Assembly (NCBI GenBank): GCA_965222115.1
Contig: CBDCTJ010000007.1
Coordinates: 480,001 to 544,000 of the forward strand
DNA from: Planctomycetota bacterium
GTDB lineage: Bacteria > Planctomycetota > PLA2 > JAEUHO01
DNA: 64,000 bases
Reading direction: 5' to 3'
Shown: piece after piece, positions 19,354-28,435 of the stretch
Layout: each line of letters opens with the position of its first letter
How positions within the stretch are numbered: the first letter of the stretch is position 1
Notes under the pieces: generated by a model
What the model was told of the DNA's origin: nothing
What the model saw: only the letters and a program-made list of their open reading frames with translations
The model's database searches: none
Program-made: the position numbers and the translations under genes

Positions 19354-21201
19354 ATGTACCCCTCCTACGTTTCCTCGCGGCTCGTGGCCGCATTGACACT
19401 CACGCTATTCTTCGCTGGCTGCGGCGGCGGTGGTGGTGGCGGTGGCGACGGCGGTGACCCGGTAGTCGTCAATCCGTTTGAAAAGCCCGCCATCGTTTCG
19501 ACGTCGCCCGCACAGGACGAACAAGATGTTGCCATCGATCGCATCATCGAAATCGTCTTTGACGCGCCCATCGACGGATCGCAAAATCTAGACGACTACT
19601 TCACGATCACGGTGGACGGCAGTTCATTCGCTGCCGTTGCAGCGTTGGGACCCAACGAGACCGTGCGTCTTGAGTCGCCGGCGACGTTTCCTCGAGACGC
19701 AGACGTTGATGTTCGCATCATGCCTGGACTTCGAGACACCAATGGCAATGCGCGCGAAACAGAGCATGCGTTTCAGTTTCGCACGGAGCCCGAGACGGTT
19801 ATCGGCTCGATCCCACACGAAGACGTGAACGACCCGGTCGAGTTGATGGCCATGAAGATGGACAACAACGGTGACGGTATGTCGATTCTGCGTCAATCCG
19901 GCGGTTCGCCGCGGATCCTCTATCGCGAAATGCGTGCTGGGCGATCCTTTGGTCCCGTCAAGGTTGCCTTCAGCGGCATCTCTCCCTTTATCTCAGAAGA
20001 GAACGTCCATCTCGCATCCAACGGCGATGTGCAGCTTACCTACGAGCGCTCCCTATCGGGCCGCCCCAACTTGTTTGCCGTTCGCTACGATCGTTCCACC
20101 GATACGTGGCTTCCCGAACTAAACCTCACGCCAAACGGATCAAGCGTTGTTGCAGAGTTCGCCTCGGCATTTACACAGTCCACCGGCATCATTGCTTGGA
20201 CCGAACAGTCCATTACGGACAACGACCGGCAGGCCGTGAGCATTGGCTTCCCCAACGCGGACGGAACCATGGGCGCCCCGTTCATCGCTCGCCTCGCCGA
20301 CACGAAGCGTACATCACTTCGCGTGCACAAACAGGACGAGCTCTCCTTGATCGCATGGAGTGAAGCCACGGCATCGGGCACCATCGCAACCGTGATCGAG
20401 CACCGCGAGTCGACAGGCTTTAGCAGCATCATGCCGCTTAGCCACCCCGTTCGACACTCAAGCGTGCGTCAGGTCATCGCGTCGCAAAACGGAAATCGAT
20501 ACGTGCTCTTTGAGCAGCAGGACCCCAGCAACACCGCTCAGGGTCAGCTATACGTAACGCACGGTGCACCCGGCTCGCTCTACACCGCGCCCGCTCCGTT
20601 GCACGGCGTATATGCTCGCGTTCACTCCGCTCGCATGGTGGTCACGCCCTCCGGAACGATGACGGTCGTGTATGGCATCGACGGCGCCGAGTCGGGAACG
20701 TGGATGCGCCGGTTCGTCCCCGGACAAGCGCCCACCGCGCCTCTGGAGATCTCGGGTGCCGACGCGCCGGTGCAACAGAGCGATCTCGCGCTCACCATCG
20801 ACACGCAGAACAATGCGTATGCGTTGTGGACCAGGAACAGTGCGCTGTATCAACAGCTTGTTCGTGCCTCGATCTTCCCGGCCGTTGGCAACCCAATGGT
20901 CAATATCCCGGTTGATACGAACGTGCGAAAGCCAGCGCGTAGCGGCTTGCGGTTGACTCCCTTGTCGACGGGCGAGATGCTCCTCACATGGATCTACCGT
21001 GTCGATGCTGCGGCCATCAACGACGACGTGCGAGCGCGTACATTGAGCCCCTCCGGTCAACTTGGCACGGTAGAGACCTACGGCATTGAGCGAGAGGTCT
21101 TGATCACGCGAACAGCCGTGGGCGTAGCTCAAACCGGCACCGGCACGCTCTTGTATGCCGAACAGCTCCCCTTTGATGTCTACGAGATCGAACTTGAGTA
21201 G
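19354..21201 (+). CDS. Lipoprotein with Ig-like (Big_5-type) domain and beta-rich C-terminal region
   Basis: GGAG RBS; lipobox FAGC plus poly-Gly linker; IVSTSPAQDEQDVAIDRIIEIVFDAPI...GLRDTNGN. Confidence 0.8.
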   Translation: MYPSYVSSRLVAALTLTLFFAGCGGGGGGGGDGGDPVVVNPFEKPAIVSTSPAQDEQDVAIDRIIEIVFDAPIDGSQNLDDYFTITVDGSSFAAVAALGPNETVRLESPATFPRDADVDVRIMPGLRDTNGNARETEHAFQFRTEPETVIGSIPHEDVNDPVELMAMKMDNNGDGMSILRQSGGSPRILYREMRAGRSFGPVKVAFSGISPFISEENVHLASNGDVQLTYERSLSGRPNLFAVRYDRSTDTWLPELNLTPNGSSVVAEFASAFTQSTGIIAWTEQSITDNDRQAVSIGFPNADGTMGAPFIARLADTKRTSLRVHKQDELSLIAWSEATASGTIATVIEHRESTGFSSIMPLSHPVRHSSVRQVIASQNGNRYVLFEQQDPSNTAQGQLYVTHGAPGSLYTAPAPLHGVYARVHSARMVVTPSGTMTVVYGIDGAESGTWMRRFVPGQAPTAPLEISGADAPVQQSDLALTIDTQNNAYALWTRNSALYQQLVRASIFPAVGNPMVNIPVDTNVRKPARSGLRLTPLSTGEMLLTWIYRVDAAAINDDVRARTLSPSGQLGTVETYGIEREVLITRTAVGVAQTGTGTLLYAEQLPFDVYEIELE

Positions 21202-21235
21202 GGCCACATGCACTCCTCAACTCACCGATCTCCTT

Positions 21236-21265
21236 GGAGGCGCCGTTCGCGGCGCCTCCTTTTTT
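21236..21265 (+). terminator. Rho-independent terminator
   Basis: GGAGGCGCCG-TTCG-CGGCGCCTCC followed by TTTTTT. Confidence 0.9.
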
Positions 21266-21291
21266 CGTGCGTATTCGGTATGATGCATGGA

Positions 21292-21915
21292 ATGGAATCG
21301 GAACGCCCACTGGAAGATGACGTACGTTCCCTGCTAGGCGCAGGCGAAGCGCGTCAACACCGACTGGGCGAACTGCTCGAAGATCATCGGCGCAAACTGC
21401 TTCGCATGGTGCACCTACGCATGCATCCGGCAATCCGTCAACGCGTAGGCGCCAGCGATGTCTTGCAGGAGTCGTGGCTCGAAATTTCGCGCCGCATCAA
21501 CGACTACCTTGCCAATCCGCAAATGCCTTTCCACCTATGGATTCGTTTTATTACTCAGCAGCGACTGCAGAAGTTTCATCGATTCCATATCGGTGCTCAA
21601 AAACGGGATGTCCGACGACAGGTATCGGGCGACGGCGCCGCCCGTCCGATGGCTACATCCTTTGGCATCGTGAATCAGATGGAAGCGTCGGGCCTCACAC
21701 CCAGCGGCATTGCACTCAAAGACGAAGCACGCAAGCGCCTTATGGCCGCACTCGATCAGATGAACGAAATGGACCGTGAGGTCTTGGTGTTGCGCCACTT
21801 TGAAGACTTGAGCAATGCCGACACCGCGACCGAGCTTGGCATCCAACCTTCGGCGGCATCCAAGCGTTACCTTCGCGCCGTCACGAGACTTCGAGGCATG
21901 CTCGCAAAGGGCTAA
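21292..21915 (+). CDS. ECF sigma-70 factor, planctomycete-type (TIGR02984-like)
   Basis: LRMVHLRMHPAIRQRVGASDVLQE, HRFHIGAQKRDVRR, TPSGIA, DREVLVLRHFEDLSNADTA...ASKRYLRAV. The start must lie after the terminator; TATGAT at 21279. Confidence 0.92.
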   Translation: MESERPLEDDVRSLLGAGEARQHRLGELLEDHRRKLLRMVHLRMHPAIRQRVGASDVLQESWLEISRRINDYLANPQMPFHLWIRFITQQRLQKFHRFHIGAQKRDVRRQVSGDGAARPMATSFGIVNQMEASGLTPSGIALKDEARKRLMAALDQMNEMDREVLVLRHFEDLSNADTATELGIQPSAASKRYLRAVTRLRGMLAKG

Positions 21916-21937
21916 GGACGCGACACATTGCGGGGCG

Positions 21938-24900
21938 TCATGGCGCGTCGGAAAGAACGCGAGCATGGAGAGGAACGCGTGTGCGCATATCGTGTTGCCA
22001 CGGTGCCGGCGCCCGTTGGACGATACGTTCAAGCTCGTGCCTTGCCCTTCGCAAATCCTCGATCCGTCCACTTCGCTCACCCAGCGCAGTCCATGCCCGA
22101 ACGCGACCGTGGGCTGAAATATGTTCATCCCACGTTTCCAACTCTGTACGTGCCTTCAAGACGCTGGCCTCGGGGAGCATGGCAAGCCAGGCACGCATCA
22201 ACGCGGCATGCCCAACGAGTCCATAGGTTTCTGCCACGTGTCGCGACGCCTCGAGTGGCTCGCGCGCCTTGTCGGGCTGATCAAGCAGCGCATAGGTCAC
22301 GCCGAGCCGGCCATAGATCTGCGCCTGATCGAGACTCACCTCGCCCTCGCCGAAATGCTCAAGGACGCCGCGTAGTCGTGAGGCAAGCGCCTCCCATTGC
22401 TCCCGAACGTCCAAGAGCCCCGACTCAACCATGCGCATGAGCAGCGTTTCGCGCGGCGCCTCCGCATCGCGGGCAGCCTTAAACCCACGCGCCACCAAGC
22501 GCTCAGCCTCCTCAAACTGACCGCACCACGCGAGGAGCAGTGCGGGTGATGTACTGAGTCGTGCCTCAAGCAGCGGTGTCTTGTTGGCCACGAGTTCGCG
22601 TCCGGCCTCAAGCAGTTGCATGGCCTCGTCCCAATACCCCATAGCAATTCGCGTCTGCCCCTCCGAGAGAAGAGCATGCGAAACAATGTCGGTGTACCCC
22701 AAACGTCCACCCATGCGTTTCGCTGCTCGTGCATGGGTAAGCGACGTTTCGAACTCGCCCAATTGCAAGTACGTTGCCGCCAACGTGGTCTGGGTCCGGG
22801 TAGCGAGGCGGGCATCGCCCGTGCGCTGAGCGATTTCCAGTACGCGTTCGGTCAACGCCACGCTATGCGGCATGTCGGCGCGCATGAATGCCAGCGTGCC
22901 GAGTTGCTCGAGCGCGTCGGTCTCGATTGCGGATTCGCCGTACAAGTGGGAGACGGCCACGGATTGTTCGAGCGCCACTTGCGCTTCTTCCATGCGTCCG
23001 AGCGCCAACTGAATGCGACCCAACGTCCACATCGCTCTCGTCGTCAAGGATCCATCGCCCACGGCACGGGCCTCTGTTACGCCGCGCTCCGCCAGCGCCA
23101 CGGCCTTGTCCTTACGGCCGAAGTATTCATAGCAAAGCGCCACCTCGGACGCCGCGCGTGAACGCAACCGCGCGTCCCCAAGCGTTTCTGCCATCTCGAG
23201 GGCCAGTCGACCACTCGCCTCGGCGCGCTGGTAGTCACCGCTTCGCCGCTGATGCTTGGCAAGCTCAAGTTGCACACGACACGCAAGCGATTGATCGCGA
23301 TGCGATTCTTCGAGTTCACGCGCGGCATCAAGCGATGCAAGCACGTCGTCGGCCGGTGCATACATGGAGAGGCACATGCCGCGCAATAACTGCAATGAAG
23401 CGAGCAAGTACGAGCTACGGGGCACGGCACCGCCCTCATGAGAATCGCGCTGCTCAAGGACATCAATGAAAGCAGACGCAAGGCGAACCCCTTGTCGATA
23501 CTCAGACATCGCCCGTGCATGTTCCACCGCCGCTTCGGCAAAGGGCAACGCGGGCCGAGCATCTCCGCCAAGCACATAGTGCCTCGAGATTGCATACGCA
23601 TCGGCCGACCCGCGCGATCGAACCATCGCACCCAATTCCAAGTGTGTCGCCTCGCGTAGCCGTTGCGGAAGTTCGCGATGGAGTACGTCTTGTACAAGAT
23701 GATGCGAAAACACGTAGGCATCGCCCTCGGGATACACCAACTGATGGTCTCGGTCAGCCGCGTGCACCATGCGCAATCCCGCCAGTTTGGAGACGCCCGC
23801 AACTTCACACACCATCTCAGGATCGAACCGGTGGCCGCAGCACGCCGCCACGTTGAGGACGCTGCGAATCGCAGAAGGCACCGCCGCGAGGCGCAGCTCA
23901 ACAAGATCCTGAATTGACGCCGGCAAGGGCACGGGGCCTTCGCGTGGAACGTTACGTTTCCCTTTGAGTTCGCGCGCAAACTCAATCAGGCAATAGGGAT
24001 TGCCCTCGGCGCTCCCGATGAGTTGGCGCACATCGGAATCTCGCGCCGCGTCGTCGGGCAATGCACACTCAACCAACGCCAACGAATCGTTGTACGTGAG
24101 TCCCGTGAGCTCATGCGCCGAGAATCGATCCAGTGCATTGAGGGCGCTCGATACGTCGTTTGGCAGTGCGCCCCTGGAAGAAACGACCATCAAGATGGGG
24201 TCGGTGGCAATCGCATACGCCAAACCGTGCACGAGTTGACGTGACGCGACGCTCGCGAAGTGAAGATCTTCAGCAATGAACACAAGTGGTCCATCGGCCG
24301 CAATTGCACGCAAGACATGCGCCCATGCCGACAGGCGAGCGGACTCGGACATGGGCTGTTTGAATGACGCTGCATGCCCAAGGAGATCGTGTGCAAATGC
24401 GGGAGCCATCGCGGCATGTTCACCCAGGAGTCGCGCGAGTCTCTGTTCGAGATCCACGGAGCCCACATGTTCGCAGAGCGCGCGATTGAGCGGCGTCAAC
24501 CCTGCCAGTTCTTCGAGGGGCTCGAAGGTGGCCGCCAACACGTGTGCATCGCCCCGTTCGTGGATCTGTCGCGTCCACTCACGAAGGAGACGGCTTTTTC
24601 CGATCCCGGCCTCGCCATAAACACATCGAATGGGACCTGCATACGCGCGCGCTTCGCGGAGTGCATCATCTAGCATGGACCGTTCAGCTTCACGGCCAAC
24701 AAAGGGCGTCGACTCGCGGGCGGTTAGCTGACGAAATGAAGCCGACACGCCCGACTGGCACTCCGTCCACCAAGGCGACGACTCACGTAGATCGAGCGTT
24801 GTTGCCACGAGCGAAGCACGATCGGGACGCGCCTGCGGATCACGCGCAAGCAAAGCACCTACAAATTTGTCGAGAAAGGACGACACATGGGGCAGCGCCG

Positions 24901-25837
24901 CGCGGAGCGACGGCGCACGCGCTCGCGACAATACTTCACGTTCGGCGAATGCATGTCGGCCCACGACAAGCTGGTAGAGCACCAATCCAAGCGCGTAGAG
25001 ATCGGTTGCAGGGGTGGCCGTCTCGCCATGCATCTGCTCGGGCGCCGCATAGAGCAAGGTGCCCACAAACTCGCCGGCCTGCGTCATCCGTTGCTGCGTA
25101 TCCAGGATGAGGGCGACACCCAAATCCGTGAGCTTTATGGCTTCATCGGGCGCAATGACGATGTTCTCAGGCTTCACGTCGCGATGCACCATGCCTGCGT
25201 CATGAATGGCTTGCAACGCCTCCGCTACACGGGCACCAATCTCACACGCCATGCGTTCAGACACGGAACCCACTTGCTGCAAGAACTCGTTGAGATTGAG
25301 ACCCTCAAGATACTCAAGCACGATGTAGGGCGTCTCACCGCCTGCATGCGCCCACGAGCCTGCACCAAGCGTTCGCACAACACCTGGGTGTGTTACGCGC
25401 ATACCCGCCTCGATTTCTTGAGCAAAACGCTCTCGCAAACTGGGTCGAGCGAGAAGGTGTGGGTGGATGACCTTCACGGCAACGCGTTCATCCATTGAGT
25501 CACGCGCTTCATACACCGTCCCCATGCCTCCCTCGCCAATCACACGAACGATGCGCAGATCATCGATGGTTGTGGGCATCGTGATGCTGGCATGGGTATC
25601 TTTCGCGGCGGCCTCACCGGGGAGTGTGTTTGAGGGCTTTAGCTCTTCCAACATCAACAGTGTTGGAAACAACTCGTGGATTCGGTCCGCCAGGTGCGGA
25701 TGCGAATGGACATACGCCTCTACGGTTGCATCCTCACCTGCCCGAACGCGCTCGATGAACTCTTCAGCCAAGGCCTCAAGCGGATCTGGCTCAGGAGGAG
25801 GGTTGGATCCAGACGGCACAGTGAGAGATCCCTCCAA
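21938..25837 (-). CDS. Ser/Thr protein kinase - AAA/STAND-like ATPase - TPR protein
   Basis: GEGGMGTVY, VAVK, HRDVKPEN, DLG, YAAPE; FVGREAE, Walker A GEAGIGKS, Walker B FIAEDLH; long TPR array; N-terminal LAEEFIERVRAGE...HPHLADRI domain. Confidence 0.93.
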   Translation of the reverse strand: MEGSLTVPSGSNPPPEPDPLEALAEEFIERVRAGEDATVEAYVHSHPHLADRIHELFPTLLMLEELKPSNTLPGEAAAKDTHASITMPTTIDDLRIVRVIGEGGMGTVYEARDSMDERVAVKVIHPHLLARPSLRERFAQEIEAGMRVTHPGVVRTLGAGSWAHAGGETPYIVLEYLEGLNLNEFLQQVGSVSERMACEIGARVAEALQAIHDAGMVHRDVKPENIVIAPDEAIKLTDLGVALILDTQQRMTQAGEFVGTLLYAAPEQMHGETATPATDLYALGLVLYQLVVGRHAFAEREVLSRARAPSLRAALPHVSSFLDKFVGALLARDPQARPDRASLVATTLDLRESSPWWTECQSGVSASFRQLTARESTPFVGREAERSMLDDALREARAYAGPIRCVYGEAGIGKSRLLREWTRQIHERGDAHVLAATFEPLEELAGLTPLNRALCEHVGSVDLEQRLARLLGEHAAMAPAFAHDLLGHAASFKQPMSESARLSAWAHVLRAIAADGPLVFIAEDLHFASVASRQLVHGLAYAIATDPILMVVSSRGALPNDVSSALNALDRFSAHELTGLTYNDSLALVECALPDDAARDSDVRQLIGSAEGNPYCLIEFARELKGKRNVPREGPVPLPASIQDLVELRLAAVPSAIRSVLNVAACCGHRFDPEMVCEVAGVSKLAGLRMVHAADRDHQLVYPEGDAYVFSHHLVQDVLHRELPQRLREATHLELGAMVRSRGSADAYAISRHYVLGGDARPALPFAEAAVEHARAMSEYRQGVRLASAFIDVLEQRDSHEGGAVPRSSYLLASLQLLRGMCLSMYAPADDVLASLDAARELEESHRDQSLACRVQLELAKHQRRSGDYQRAEASGRLALEMAETLGDARLRSRAASEVALCYEYFGRKDKAVALAERGVTEARAVGDGSLTTRAMWTLGRIQLALGRMEEAQVALEQSVAVSHLYGESAIETDALEQLGTLAFMRADMPHSVALTERVLEIAQRTGDARLATRTQTTLAATYLQLGEFETSLTHARAAKRMGGRLGYTDIVSHALLSEGQTRIAMGYWDEAMQLLEAGRELVANKTPLLEARLSTSPALLLAWCGQFEEAERLVARGFKAARDAEAPRETLLMRMVESGLLDVREQWEALASRLRGVLEHFGEGEVSLDQAQIYGRLGVTYALLDQPDKAREPLEASRHVAETYGLVGHAALMRAWLAMLPEASVLKARTELETWDEHISAHGRVRAWTALGERSGRIEDLRRARHELERIVQRAPAPWQHDMRTRVPLHARVLSDAP

Positions 25838-25980
25838 CGTCGGAAACGCGCAATTGCGAAGATAGCGATTCTGGGCGCGGCGTCGTTTCCCTCCTAGCTA
25901 ACAGGCGCATACTGCGTGCTGTCGTGCTCGCGGAATATCGAGACAAACGAGGTCGCACTACGCTTTGCTTGTGTCGATAT

Positions 25981-26009
25981 TTGACAATATTGGCCACGAG
26001 TGCTACGAT
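25981..26009 (+). promoter_or_regulatory. Sigma70 promoter of the parDE operon with an overlapping palindrome
   Basis: TTGACA, 17-bp spacer, TACGAT with extended TG; ATATT-tgac-AATAT inverted repeat (25977-25990) over the -35. Confidence 0.78.
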
Positions 26010-26043
26010 GCCCTAGCAGCACCCCTTGGAGGCCGACTCTATA

Positions 26044-26307
26044 GTGACTCGTTCAATTAACTTATCGCTTACAGACGAACTACGTGCGTTCCTGGATAAG
26101 AACTCAGGCGACGGAACGCTCTACTCAACGCCAAGCGAGTTCGTCCGTGACTTGATTCGTAGACAGAAGGATCGCATGGACGCCGCAGCGCTCCGAACAG
26201 CGGTGCTCGAAGGTTACGCTGCTGTTCGAGATGGTCGCACGCACGAGTACACAGGCGACCTTCGATCCTTGCTTGAGGAGCATCGTGCCGGTCGCGACGC
26301 ATCATGA
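26044..26307 (+). CDS. parD: ParD-family RHH antitoxin
   Basis: SINLSLTDELRAFL...GTLYSTPSEFVRDLIR...LRTAVLEG; GGAGG RBS; ATGA overlap with the toxin. Confidence 0.88.
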   Translation: MTRSINLSLTDELRAFLDKNSGDGTLYSTPSEFVRDLIRRQKDRMDAAALRTAVLEGYAAVRDGRTHEYTGDLRSLLEEHRAGRDAS

Positions 26308-26669
26308 CCAAACTAGTTCTTTCCGAGCGGGCGCTAGCTGATATTGACGCGATTGAACGTTACTCCGTCGAGCGTTGGGGAGAACGAGTTGCAAGCCAGT
26401 ACTTAGCAGATTTGGATGCAGCATTGGCTCGCCTAGCAAGCGACATCTCGCTATTCAGGGAGCGGTACGACTACACGGGTCGTCTTCGTTTCTACAACGT
26501 GCGCGAGCACGTGCTCGTCGGCGATATCATCGAAGGAACTGTGTTCATTCTGACGGTGTGGCACGGAAGCATGGATTTTATCGAACGATTACCGAGTATC
26601 GAGCCAGACCTCGTACGAGAGGCAGAGACACTGACATGCCAGATCGAAGTTCAAACAGATCGTGAATAA
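26304..26669 (+). CDS. parE: ParE/RelE-family toxin
   Basis: LSERALADIDAIERYSVERWGERVASQY...ILTVWHGSMD. Confidence 0.88.
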   Translation: MTKLVLSERALADIDAIERYSVERWGERVASQYLADLDAALARLASDISLFRERYDYTGRLRFYNVREHVLVGDIIEGTVFILTVWHGSMDFIERLPSIEPDLVREAETLTCQIEVQTDRE

Positions 26670-27009
26670 TTATACCCGTTCTGGCACCGCGCCTACCTCC
26701 GGTTCTGTGTGCGTCGCGTGATGCGGGCCAAGGTTTTGCGTCGACTTGCACAGGTGCAAATGGCGAGGGTGCAACTATGTAGTTAACGTTGGGTACATGT
26801 TCTACACACGCCATGTTGCGCGCGTTGCGACACTCAACACAAGCACTTCGTTTGGTGCGTGAAATGTGTGGATTTTGCCCTTCTATGAAAAGGCCTGGCA
26901 TGTCAAGTGCGAAGCCGCGTCGGCGAGCGCATTTACCGCGTTGTGCATGTGTAGTTCGGCCCCTTGAGTGCGCAACTTACCCTTACCGCCCTTGCCTTTT
27001 TGGCAGCGG

Positions 27010-27200
27010 ATCGGGGCGAATCAGATTGCCAGTCATCGTCTCTGGCGCCAGAAAACACGTCCCATTCAGGCTTCTATGCGCACTCGTGTTGGATCGAAGT
27101 TGATGCGACCCGGTGCAAGGTGGGGTCCGAGAACGAGTCTGGGTGCTGCATACTCAGTAGCGACGTCGCTATACGTCGGTCAGGGCACCGCAGTCACCCG
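27010..27200 (-). ncRNA. Bridge/seek RNA of the IS1111-type element (target- and donor-binding loops)
   Basis: Stem-internal loop-stem at 27141-27199 with guides TGCCCT and TACTGAG matching the flanks; a second loop with CATAGAAG and ATCT matching the predicted circle junction. Transcript ends unknown. Confidence 0.75.
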
Positions 27201-27265
27201 GACTCGAATTGGGGTACGTGGAAACTGACCTTATCTAATGCTTGCCTAAAGCTGTTGCGCGAGGT

Positions 27266-28315
27266 TCAGGCGGCCACTGGGCATCGAACCGGTATGTACT
27301 CTTCGCCTGTTCGCCACAGCGCAAGCATGAGCACGGAGAGCTTGCGTGCCACGGCGATGACTGCCTTGCGTTTCGCAACTGCGCCTCCACGCGCAATGAT
27401 CCGCTCACCGTGGGACTTTAGATCGCATGGCGGGCCCAGTCGCCCGAGGATGTGATGCGCGCACTGAACGAGCAACGACCGAACCATACGGTCCCCAGCC
27501 TTCGTTATGCGTAGCTGCTTGTCCATTTGGCCCGATTGATCACGCCGTGGAACCATCCCGAGAAACGCCCCGACATCTCGGCGGTCTTCAAACCGCGCCC
27601 AATCTTGAACGGTCAACATGAATGCGAGTGCCGTGAGATTGCCCACGCCTGGAATCTGAGTGAGCAACTGTGTATCTGGATATCGCTCCTTCGCCAACTC
27701 ATCGATCTTTGCGTCGTAGATCTTTACCAACTCAGTGATTCGCTCGATTGCACTGAGAATGGGATTGAGCACATCGCAGAGCTCCTCCGGAATCTCGGCC
27801 CGCGTCTTCGATCCGATGCATTTTGATGCCTGCTTACGCAACCGCCCGCCCATGCTCTTAATGACACCTCGTAGCGAGTTCACCAACTTGGTTCGTGACG
27901 ACACAAGCGCGGCTCGTGCACGAATCAGCGCAAGGTCTCGTTGTGCGGACTCCGGTCGATGCCGAATTGGGGCAAGTAGTTGGGGATCGAAGCGACCGAT
28001 TTCAGCCAACTTCTTGGCATCCGTTCGATCGGACTTGCGAGTGTTCCTGTAAATAAAGCTTAGCTCTCGCGGATTCGCGACTAGCGACTGAGCACATCGA
28101 CCTTCGACGACCCGACTCGCCCAAGGCGAATGCGTTCCCGCCTCCATCACAACTCGAGCGGTTCGGTGCTTCGAGAGAAACTCGTGAAAAGACTCGCGCG
28201 TTGTCGCGATCTCGCCTTCTTCCTTTTGAACCCCCGTGTCTTGATCCAATACGCAATACCAAGAGAACCGGTCGCCTAGGTCGATGCCAATCGTTTCGGT
28301 GATACGCTTATTCAT
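27266..28315 (-). CDS. IS110-family DEDD recombinase/transposase
   Basis: IGIDLG, VMEAG, KSDRTDA; C-terminal IPGVG...FLGMVPRRDQSG...ITKAGD, AVARKL; AGGAGG RBS before ATG 28315. Confidence 0.97.
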   Translation of the reverse strand: MNKRITETIGIDLGDRFSWYCVLDQDTGVQKEEGEIATTRESFHEFLSKHRTARVVMEAGTHSPWASRVVEGRCAQSLVANPRELSFIYRNTRKSDRTDAKKLAEIGRFDPQLLAPIRHRPESAQRDLALIRARAALVSSRTKLVNSLRGVIKSMGGRLRKQASKCIGSKTRAEIPEELCDVLNPILSAIERITELVKIYDAKIDELAKERYPDTQLLTQIPGVGNLTALAFMLTVQDWARFEDRRDVGAFLGMVPRRDQSGQMDKQLRITKAGDRMVRSLLVQCAHHILGRLGPPCDLKSHGERIIARGGAVAKRKAVIAVARKLSVLMLALWRTGEEYIPVRCPVAA

Positions 28316-28435
28316 GCTGGTAGCTCCTCCTGGGCCGTAGAGCCCGTTTTCTGTTTGCAGCACGGTTTACCGTGACTGCGCGACAGAGGAGCTACCGGCC
28401 TTTTCATCCCATCTCGGTATCTCACTTCGTATCGC

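Larger units (their letters stand above)
26880..28414 (-). mobile_element. Complete IS110-family insertion sequence, IS1111-type
   Basis: 11-bp sub-terminal inverted repeats ATGAAAAGGCC (26885-26895) / GGCCTTTTCAT (28397-28407); CT at both boundaries (26880-81, 28413-14); no longer target duplication; long 3' non-coding region; outward TTGACA at 26901-26906 (minus strand). Confidence 0.88.

Noticed and set aside
19421-19457. GGC/GGT trinucleotide run
   Set aside because: Encodes a normal poly-Gly lipoprotein linker; impure, so not a phase-variation tract.
26767-26794. dif-like or attC-like sequence GGGTGCAACTATGTAGTTAACGTTGGGT after parE
   Set aside because: Only about 6/11 match to a XerD arm; too short for attC, no proper RYYYAAC partner and no integrase.
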